In this document: in pieces, positions 24,607-34,027 of the stretch | Position numbering within the stretch: position 1 is the first letter of the stretch | How the letters are laid out: each line of letters begins with the position of its first letter | Source: Oopsacas minuta | Lineage: Eukaryota; Animalia; Porifera | Length of the DNA stretch: 64,000 nt | Assembly (NCBI GenBank): GCA_024704765.1 | Contig: JAKMXF010000110.1 | Location: 682,001-746,000 of the forward strand | Reading direction: 5' to 3' | Notes under the pieces: model-generated | The model's database searches: none | The model's input: the letters and a program-made list of their open reading frames with translations, nothing else | What the model was told of the DNA's origin: nothing | Made by a program: the position numbers and the translations under genes

Positions 24607-25323
24607 TTAGATTAGACTATTAGGCTATTATATCTGGAATATATTGTGTGTATTATAATAGTACTTTTGTTCTAATTATAGTATCAATTAAATTTATATA
24701 GCAACCAGTGAATTATTAGTTTGTACATAGATGAGGGTGTATTCGTTGGCAAGCAAGAGATGTATTTATCTGTCGTTACTCACCCATGGTTCTAATCCAG
24801 TTGTCCCCAAACTGGGTTCCAAGGGCCTTAGTTGTCCGCAGGCAACAGCAAAGGGTCCACGAGTCCACAGGTCCGCAGGTGAAAATGTTGGGGACCTATC
24901 TGTGTCCTAATATAAATGTGTCAAATGCTAATATAGTTATAAATACTTCACAGGGAATCATTAATTATTTGTAAAGACAGCAAACTCATTATTTGAAGTT
25001 TAACCCGCCAAAAATGTTTGAAAATAACAAAATTTCTATCCTCAGGGACTTTCCAGGTTCGTGTGGGTGTACAGTAATCCCTCCCTATATAAATAATATG
25101 CTGTAATACACAAGTGTATATTAATAACCATGCAATATAATATTAATTTGATAATTGTAACTAATCTGCTGACGAATAGTTCAAGAAGCCTCCTCTCGTT
25201 GTGTCTTGGTAACCATGAGCTAATTGGGCTTTTGGGGATTTGGAATTTACCAAAATTCATGAAATATTAATTTCGGACACTTATATAGAAATAAAGTTTA
25301 TAACAAATAATATTTCCCTAAAA

Positions 25324-26385
25324 ATGAGGTTTATATTTATTATGATTCCACTTATCACACTTCCTTTCACATTCCTGAGTTGTTGTTTGTTTATTTTTGT
25401 TGTTTACTATCGAAGGACAATACAAACAGTATATTATCATCTACATGAACCCGATTTAAAATTACATAAGGCGAATTTACCTCTCAAGTTAATGGTGAAT
25501 AACTTCATGCTTTTACTTTTGGCGGTTGAGATTATTCATAATATTTGTATAACTATCAGTTATGTGTTGTCCAATTCTGAGTCAAATTTTTCCCGCACAG
25601 TTTTCAACTGCACAGTCACGAATTTTGATGTTTTGACACTTCTACAGAAAGATGGATGGATATTTATGGCGCCTATTAATTTATCATATTCGACATCAAC
25701 TATTCTCTTATCCACAATGACTGTCTTGTTGAAGGTGTTAAGACAAAGATATTTTCACGCGCCATACAGGCATATAATCGTGAATGGCGCCCTTTTCATA
25801 AGTTTAAGATTTTCACTTTTGATAATTCTATTTTCATTTCCTTTGACGTATATTTTTGCGCTTTTTATCAAATTTTCTTGCATTTTCGACCTCTTCATTT
25901 ACATATACAATTCGCGCGCGTTTTACCAGATCCTCAAGGGGCGCCAAATTGAAGCGTACTATCATTCTAGCCAATCAGATTACAGAGAGCAATCACATGC
26001 GTTTATACAATATATGCATACATCGAATATTTGTATCTTCATATTTTCGATTTTTACCGCGGAACACTTTTTACTTTGCATAAACGGGTTTATTGATGTA
26101 TTTATACGTAACACCTGTGTGATTAGTCACTTCACACTTGGGTATATCCCAGATTTCAGTTTGGACCGGAACCTGCAGGATATAATCACAGAATTCCAGA
26201 AGTATGCCTCCTGGACTGAATTAGCTTTGGGCATATTGCATCAGTTTTTAACTTCTTGTGTGTATTTACTTATTTTCATAGCATTTTCCCGGGTATATTG
26301 CAAGATACATTTTCTTAAGCTGAAAGTTATTAGACACAATTGGGTAGCTTTATACCACGGGACAATTCTGAGGACACACTTTTAG
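25324..26385 (+). CDS. Intronless orphan seven-transmembrane protein, paralogous to 6783-7874
   Basis: About 353 aa from the ATG at 25324 with about 7 hydrophobic segments and sequons NFSR/NCTV. The motif IYIYNSRAFYQILKGRQIEAYY aligns with [22 protein letters not shown] in the other copy. Confidence 0.75.
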   Translation: MRFIFIMIPLITLPFTFLSCCLFIFVVYYRRTIQTVYYHLHEPDLKLHKANLPLKLMVNNFMLLLLAVEIIHNICITISYVLSNSESNFSRTVFNCTVTNFDVLTLLQKDGWIFMAPINLSYSTSTILLSTMTVLLKVLRQRYFHAPYRHIIVNGALFISLRFSLLIILFSFPLTYIFALFIKFSCIFDLFIYIYNSRAFYQILKGRQIEAYYHSSQSDYREQSHAFIQYMHTSNICIFIFSIFTAEHFLLCINGFIDVFIRNTCVISHFTLGYIPDFSLDRNLQDIITEFQKYASWTELALGILHQFLTSCVYLLIFIAFSRVYCKIHFLKLKVIRHNWVALYHGTILRTHF

Positions 26386-27264
26386 ATGTATAAATATTAT
26401 TATTTGTGATAGAGTTTATTAAATTCACTATTTGTATTAAAAATGATTTCTCTAGAAATTCGACAGTTTGCTATTTTACAAAGACGGAAAATTCTTACTG
26501 TCTAGTGACCTTTTGCCCTTATAACTCTCGTTACATCGAAGTTCAAGGGACCGTGATAATTACTTAGATATTACCACTGAGGTATATGTTACTTTGGCGG
26601 TTTGTGACTATATTTGTATGATTTCATATCAGCGGGGTATTTCTGTGTTAGACATAACCTGAGTTTACTGCAAATATAAATAACTACACAAACACATATA
26701 TTATGTACTTACATAATAATTGCTATAAGGCATTTTGCTTTGAACCCAACATATTCCGAGAAATTATGTAACCATGGTGATAACTTCACAATATCCATAT
26801 GGATTATAGACTATCAGTTGTTTTTCTATATGAGGTAGAATTCCTAAGTCATAATCAGCTTACCATGTGTACATTATTCAGTAGACTCCGGTTAACACAA
26901 CCGCCATCCCAGGACGTATTATCTCCTAAACATTCGAAGAATGCGTTAGCGTAGATTATATGTGTTTCACATTTCTAACTAGGATACAAGAATGATGTAC
27001 TAAAGTGCAAAGAGGTTTGAGTAGTGGATAGGAATTCTATTGTAGATTATTGAAATCGCCCCCAGTTGTCTTAATTTCTGTCCCCTCATTAGGAAACAGC
27101 CCCTGTTGGTATATTATTCAAACATTTTACAATCTCCTTCATGACAACGATTAGTTGGAAATGGAATGCTTGTCCCCCAAAATAAAGTCAGAATTAAGTT
27201 TGTTTATTTGATAAAAACAATTATTATAGCAAATAAAATCACACATTAGTGTAAACAATAACAA

Positions 27265-28116
27265 TCAACAAAGAATCTTTGAATTGCATTTTATTTCGGG
27301 GAATGCCAACATAAGAATCGAAGTGCATAACAACCAAAGTCGCCCGAAATATGTGAAAGGATTGAACGCGTAAAAAATGCCATTTCTGACGATGGAATTT
27401 ACATATTCGGAAAAATGTTCAGCCAAATTTGCCACATTCCTTTCCATATAAATGGTTTCTAGGTAGTATTGGAGGGTAATGATGCAATATAAGACACAAA
27501 TTGTGTCACAAAATATAGCAAGCCTTCGTAACAACCATGAATTGGGCTTGGAATGGTGCTTATCTGCATTTTCTCTGTACTTGATTAGAAATAATATTAC
27601 CGCGTTTCTTGCGTTGAAGCTTTGTAGAAAAAGTGGCACAAAGACTGCCACTTTGGATGGCGACACAATTGAAATAATTAAGAAAGCGATACTGAGGAGG
27701 TCGATTAATAGTCCCGGGTCCAAAATTACGGTCTCTAAATCTGACCCCTGCATGATGTTCTGGCTAAGTGTCAAGATGGTGCTCGTACAAATAATTAGTA
27801 CAATAATAGTCTGTAGAAAATACAGAGGTGTGAAGTGGTTTTGTGGCATAGTTTCTATACTTTCAGTTCCAAATACAAGTGTTGTATCAAATGATTCGTT
27901 CTCTGTGAATTCATTAGTTAACGAGTAACCAATTGAATTATTGGGTTTCAACACCATAGGTGTTTGTTGTTCATTTTGTGAGTAAACAATTTTATTTACA
28001 AATATATTCTCAAGCACAATTGTTGAATAAAAAAAGCAACAAAACAAACTTAACACCAAATCCCAACAGAGTTTGTTTTTTGAAAAATTAACGATCTTCT
28101 CCTTTTGCTTATACAT
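27265..28116 (-). CDS. Intronless Slo2/KCNT-like channel transmembrane core with degenerate pore and no RCK domains
   Basis: 283-aa ORF. LYFLQTIIVLIICTSTIL, LIDLLSIAFLIISIVSPSKVAVFVPLFLQSFNARNAV and LAIFCDTICVLYCIITLQYYLE align by eye, in order and spacing, with KCNT1 S2, S3-S4 (FIPVFLNCWLAKHAL) and S5. A PxTxxGR-type post-filter motif is retained. Confidence 0.6.
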   Translation of the reverse strand: MYKQKEKIVNFSKNKLCWDLVLSLFCCFFYSTIVLENIFVNKIVYSQNEQQTPMVLKPNNSIGYSLTNEFTENESFDTTLVFGTESIETMPQNHFTPLYFLQTIIVLIICTSTILTLSQNIMQGSDLETVILDPGLLIDLLSIAFLIISIVSPSKVAVFVPLFLQSFNARNAVILFLIKYRENADKHHSKPNSWLLRRLAIFCDTICVLYCIITLQYYLETIYMERNVANLAEHFSEYVNSIVRNGIFYAFNPFTYFGRLWLLCTSILMLAFPEIKCNSKILC

Positions 28117-30765
28117 GATAAAATGAAAATTTTGATATATTTTTCCAATTTGTTCTTTATTTATAGTTCTAGAACTAATTAGCTAGTCATAGTTTCAAAA
28201 CATATATAAATGTATCGTAACATACACATTATTATGGTTGCTATGCAGTTATTGAAACTATTTACTTAGATGAGGATATACGTATGTAATGTGTCCATTC
28301 ATTATCAGTATTACGTATTTACCTTAGACATTTTCGTGATTAACATGCCTAAGATGTTAACTTGTTGTCAGGGAATTAGGTTTAGAGGTAGTGCTACTTT
28401 ACAATGAGTTATTCTAATTATAGATAATGAATATGCATTTTAAGACAGACATAATGCCCCCCCCCCCCTCTCCACTGAACTTTACGTAATATGTTGACCT
28501 CTGCTTTTCATTTAGTAGATTATAACAACATACGCCTATTGGGCAAACCTAAAATCTGATTGGGCAAGCCATTAGCTTAGTCACCATTTCTCATTTTATG
28601 CCAAATTTTGTAAAATAGGTTTTACACCACTTTAGTTGTTATTCTACCATTCTTCAACCATTTTAGGACACATTTACATAATCCCATGTTACCCATAGAC
28701 AGCCCTCTGAGAGGGGGCCAGGAGGGCTGTTTGGCCTATACCTTACGCTCTAGGGAGCCTCCAAAAATCTACATTGAATGATCAAACAATATTTTGGGTA
28801 AAATGTACTCATTTTCGGAAAGAAAGCAAATTGTCCCGTGCTCCGATTCTAGTCAGAGGCCCGCCTATAGGTTACCCAAGGGTAGGGGTCTTATGACTCT
28901 AGTCCCTAGGGGATCCTGACCTAATGATTTTAATATTAATTATTGTAACAATGCCTATTAGAAATTACAGTAAATACGTTTGATGTAGAATATATTAAAT
29001 CTAAGATACAAGATATCAGCTGATAACAGGATTATTAGGAATTAATTCATATTCTCCCAAATCGGTGTTATGTTTTAAGTAGGAATACAAACAAACAAGT
29101 TACATCATTTCTTTCCACGAATAGACATGAGAGTTATGCAACATACGCCACCTTAATAATTATTTATAATAGTCATAAAAGCGTCGAAAATGATTTGTGT
29201 ACAATTTTCAAAAGACACAATTTCAATAAGGAAGCCTTTCTCAAAATTGACGAATCCATTTCCATTAAATCGGCTTCTATTCAACAAAATCGAAAGTTTT
29301 ATGAATTTGCAGTGTGAAGATATGTGATTGTCCTCGAAGTCTCTAAATGTTGGAGAGTAATCTGGCAATTTGATTATGCGACAGTCTGGAAATGGTTCTA
29401 ATAACCGACAATACCCCAGGCCAAAAATTGTAATTTTCGGAATATTCATGACATTCACCCGACAATGGCGGTTTCATTTTCTGAAAAAATATTGATGCAA
29501 GAAATTTTATTTAATAATAAAAATTTCTCGAAAATTCACGTAACTGATGGGAAATCATAATTTGATACTTTGCAATGTGATTAGGTGGCAATTCGTTTCA
29601 TATCAACGTGAGGGTATGATTGGAATGTAACGTTAAATGAATGTTAATTGAATTTAGGATAATTCTGTCTTATAGTTTGGTCAAAGATTATTTTCCCTAT
29701 TTACACATTTCGTATTTGTTGACTTACCGGACTATTACCGGACTATTACCGGACTATTACTACAGTCACTTTCCTAGACTCTAGTTGTCAAACGATATCT
29801 CAATAATTCTCTAAGATAGTTAACAAATGTTCTGACCTATCAGATTTGAGGGTTTACCCAGTATGCATATATGTAGCTGGTATTCTCTTCTCTTAAATTT
29901 GTCAATTAGACCACGACATGAAAATTCCGAAACTCTGCATAGACTATAATGACACTAATTTTGGTTTTCAAAGGCATTTCTTTGAATTGTGATTATATCA
30001 CAACCAAAATGATATCATAAATAATATTAATCAACCGATGTCTATCCACTTTACCGTTCAAAGAGAGGAAAGAAGAATTGAAACACTTTCAATTCTTTTC
30101 CACAAATATTACTCTTATTATTGACCAAAATATGATATATCCTATCTATCATTAACAATTAATTCAAAAGTCAAAACAATAAAGCTTTCTGCCTATATTT
30201 GGTAATAAATTATAGATAGTTTGGAATATTATTAATAAACAATCTGAACTGAAAATATCTTCCTTATACATTGAAAGTTTCCAGAGGTGTTACTTTATAA
30301 ATAAACCTATTAACCTCCTTTTTTTGTTTGACCTGTGATTCTCTAGGCTAGTATACTATTATTTACGTAAGTAAATATTGTTGACAATAACCCCCCAGGC
30401 TAGTAAACTACATTTATCGCATGTTATACATATGTATCATCAAATTGATTAATATGATAAACAAAATTGAATTAGAATAACCAATTTATCTAAAATTAGA
30501 ATTTAGTATAACAACAGACACTAATTATGTTTATAATGTAATTATGATTCCTCACACATGGATTAATAAGCAAATCTGATAAAGTGTCAAATTTATTGCG
30601 CAATCAGATTGGAGGGTGTACACAATTTATAGACTGAAAATAACTGCATTCTTAGAAAGAGATCAAAGCTATATTTAAAATAATAAAAATAATAAAGAAA
30701 ATATTTGAAGGTCTTTTTGAAATTACTAATAAACGAAAGAATAAATAAAATTGCAAAATATGCGT

Positions 30766-33429
30766 TCAAATGCGAGGTTTTCTTCGATTGAATTCCCGGT
30801 ATTCTTTTTGGAGTTTTGGGAGAGGTGGCGCCCCAGTTCTCCTCGCGACCTCATGGTACAATTTCACATCAACAGCTGATACAATTGATAAATAGGAATA
30901 TGTGAAGTTAGTTCTAATGCATGTCGTATAGCAGAGAAGATCATAGCTTGTAGATAATGTACACGAGGGATGGAGAGTAACATTCAAATTATTAAGTACA
31001 GTTATATACTTGCATTTATCAGTACACATCGTATGTGGATCTTTTTGCGCCAGGTGGCATATATAACCAGATAGAATCGCTTTTAATATCTGTGAATCTT
31101 CAGGTTTTGAAGGGAAACTATGTGACTGTGGGTTAATAAGCCTAAGTTCTATCATTATTTGTTCCAGCTGTTCATAAGTCTTTCTCGCTTCATTCAATAT
31201 CTTAAAATTCAAAAATTTGTCAAAACACCAGTCCTCTCTGCATCCATTCGATATAAAATGTTTATAGACGTTAATATAGGTCAAATGGTCCCCACTGGGG
31301 TGTACGAATTGCGCTCTAGCCTCTATGGCCTTTTCCCTTTTCTTCTTACCAACTAATACAAACACGCTACCTGGTCTATCACCACTGAGCATTGCAGCTA
31401 AAGTTAGTATTTCATTCTGACAGGAATAGTCCTTACTAGCAACTAGCATTCTTGATACTTCAGCATCCAACGGAAACCTCGCCATCTGTCTGCCTGTCTT
31501 CGTGACGTTATGATAAGGATCTAATGCATTCAATTGTATTAACCTTTCTATTGCAAACTCTACTTGATCTGGGGTAGGTGGGTTGATGGATTCAAATGTT
31601 TCTAAGTCAATACCCATCACTTTGAGTTGGAGAATGACACTTGTCAGATCGCTACGCATAATTTCTGGTATGGTGTCGTTCGCCATTGCTTCGTAAGCGT
31701 CCTGTGAGTATAAACGATAACATTTACCTGGCTGAGTCCGTCCAGCCCGTCCCGCTCTCTGCTCAGCCGATGATTTAGAGATATCAACCGGAAGCAGAGA
31801 CTTCATATGACATTTCTGATCAACACTCGACAGTTTCACTTTCCCTGAATCTATTACGAATACTATTCCTTCTATAGTGATAGAAGTTTCCGCTATATTC
31901 GTAGCAATAATACACTTACGACTTATCCTCCCTTGAAACGATTTGGGAGCTTTAGCGAATATCCGCTGCTGACTAGAATAAGGAAGCTCACCATACAATG
32001 GAATAATATCGATAGTACCCATTGAGTCCTTGTAGGTAACACACAAATCTTCTAAATATTCACAGATATAATCAATCTCATCGCGGCCTGTAACGAACAC
32101 AAGGATGTCTCCTTCTTTCTGCTCCACTATGCATATTTCCATGACAACATTAATTGCCTGTATGACATACTTTTCATTCTTATCATTTTTTGAAAATTTC
32201 ACCCTTTCAATCACAGCTGGCAGAAATATTTTCTCGATTGGGTGTGTTTTACCGGGAAATTTCATATAATTATAATCACCGAAAAAATCGCAAATTTGGT
32301 TTTTATTTAAAGTGGCACTCATTATGACAACTCTTAGTTCTGGTCTATATGGAAGTATCTGTTTAATCAGACCAATCAGAATGTCGGTTACAAGCCTACG
32401 TTCATGCACCTCATCAATTATTATGACGTCATAAGCTTCGAGGCTTCTGTCAGTCATAAGCTGTCTGACTAAAATCCCATCGGTCACGTATTTCAGGTTT
32501 GTACTCAAACTGGATTTGTGCTCAAACCTCACCACGTAGCCAACTTCGTCACCTACAACTACGCCCATTTCATGTGCCACACGGTTCGCAAGACTTATGG
32601 CTGCGATCCGTCTCGGTTGTGAACAAACCACTTTGGACACATTTTCAACTTCCAAGCACCATTGAGGTATTTGTGTACTCTTACCAGAACCTGTCTCCCC
32701 TTCAATTATGACAACCTGGGACTGTTCTATTCTACTAATTATATCAGATTTGTAAGGCCAAATAGGTAAAGCCCTTCTCTTTGAAAGGAAGGACATATTC
32801 TGACGGATTTTCTTTCTTCCGGGTTTGTAGTCTTGTGTCGAATCAGTAGGATTACCCCAGGTGTAGGTACTGGAATTACTGAATGGGTTGTGAGTTTGAG
32901 AGTAAGCTGAATCGTGAGTTGAAGGACTAGTTGACGGGCGAGATGTGTAAGAGGAAAAGTGCTGTGAAGGGCTAGTTGATGGACGATAAGTGTGGCGTGG
33001 TGGATAGTGCTTCAAGAGGCGGGGAGGAGAGGGTGGCGGATAGTGATTCGACTTGTAAGAAGAAGTGGAAGTGGAAGAGGGATGTGAAGGGCTAGTTGAT
33101 GGACGATAAGTTTGGCGTGGTGGATGGTGATTCAATAGGCGGGGAGGAGAGGGTGGCGGATAGTGATTCGACTTGTGAGAAGAAGTGGAAGTTGAAGAGG
33201 GATGTGAAGGGTAAGTTGATGGACGATAAGTTTGGCTTGGTAGATAGTGATTCAATAGGCGGGGAGGAGAGGGTGGCGGATAGTGATTCGACTTGTGAGA
33301 AGAAGTGGAAGTGGAAGAGGGATGTGAAGGGCTAGTTGATGGACGATAAGTGTGGCGTGGTGTACTTAACTGGGTTATTCCGTTTATGGTGCCTCGAATT
33401 TCCTCTTCGCAGTTTGAGTGTCGTGCCAT
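30766..33429 (-). CDS. Intronless DEAH-box RNA helicase, divergent DHX15/Prp43-like (copy A)
   Basis: GETGSGKST, QPRRIAA, DEVHER, SAT, TNIAETSITI and QRAGRAGR are intact, followed by HA2 and OB-fold-like regions. HNPF and KRRALPIW resemble DHX15 (INPF, KKRLQLPVW). The first in-frame ATG is at 33429; the track starts at TTG 33474. Confidence 0.9.
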   Translation of the reverse strand: MARHSNCEEEIRGTINGITQLSTPRHTYRPSTSPSHPSSTSTSSHKSNHYPPPSPPRLLNHYLPSQTYRPSTYPSHPSSTSTSSHKSNHYPPPSPPRLLNHHPPRQTYRPSTSPSHPSSTSTSSYKSNHYPPPSPPRLLKHYPPRHTYRPSTSPSQHFSSYTSRPSTSPSTHDSAYSQTHNPFSNSSTYTWGNPTDSTQDYKPGRKKIRQNMSFLSKRRALPIWPYKSDIISRIEQSQVVIIEGETGSGKSTQIPQWCLEVENVSKVVCSQPRRIAAISLANRVAHEMGVVVGDEVGYVVRFEHKSSLSTNLKYVTDGILVRQLMTDRSLEAYDVIIIDEVHERRLVTDILIGLIKQILPYRPELRVVIMSATLNKNQICDFFGDYNYMKFPGKTHPIEKIFLPAVIERVKFSKNDKNEKYVIQAINVVMEICIVEQKEGDILVFVTGRDEIDYICEYLEDLCVTYKDSMGTIDIIPLYGELPYSSQQRIFAKAPKSFQGRISRKCIIATNIAETSITIEGIVFVIDSGKVKLSSVDQKCHMKSLLPVDISKSSAEQRAGRAGRTQPGKCYRLYSQDAYEAMANDTIPEIMRSDLTSVILQLKVMGIDLETFESINPPTPDQVEFAIERLIQLNALDPYHNVTKTGRQMARFPLDAEVSRMLVASKDYSCQNEILTLAAMLSGDRPGSVFVLVGKKKREKAIEARAQFVHPSGDHLTYINVYKHFISNGCREDWCFDKFLNFKILNEARKTYEQLEQIMIELRLINPQSHSFPSKPEDSQILKAILSGYICHLAQKDPHTMCTDKCKYITVLNNLNVTLHPSCTLSTSYDLLCYTTCIRTNFTYSYLSIVSAVDVKLYHEVARRTGAPPLPKLQKEYREFNRRKPRI
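32962..33362 (-). repeat. Coding tandem repeat, 120-bp (40-aa) unit, about 3.3 copies, in helicase A
   Basis: Lines starting 33001, 33121 and 33241 are nearly identical. Unit: PRHTYRPSTSPSHPSSTSTSSHKSNHYPPPSPPRLLNHY. Confidence 0.95.
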
Positions 33430-34027
33430 GGGGTAATCTACGTTAGATATTTTTGGTGTAGTTTGCTTACTCAATAATGTAATCTAGATATACCCTACGA
33501 AAATTATGGTTGTTTTTAGAGGTAACTTTGGCTAGCAGATTCATGTACGAACTACTGGGATGCCCTATTTGCATTGGCCACGTTCAATAAATTTGATAAG
33601 ATTCTTTTCTAATTTGGGTTCTAAAGCAAATAATTATTTATATCTGTCAAATGGTGACAAATAGATTGCCGATAAGATTGGAGGGTGTGAACCAAATTGT
33701 CCACAGAGTTGTTTTACGTCATTTTTGGTCAAAAATTGAATTTCTAAGATGGCACAATTGATGCATTTACGTCACTCTTGCGTTACGATAGCTGGGGTTA
33801 AAAGGGTGACGTATTGATCTAATTTGTGTCTCACTTTGTGTCCTCTATGGCTGCTGAATTGGCACCTAGATGAACCCCTTGGCACAAGGATTTTCCCCAC
33901 TATTTGTGTTCTGCCCATTATTACGCTACCAGTAGTCTGCTTAATATGGCTTCTCTGCTGACCAAATGTGAGCCTATCTCATGAGAGTTTATGGGACTAT
34001 TTGTACAATTCTAAATATAGCTAACAT

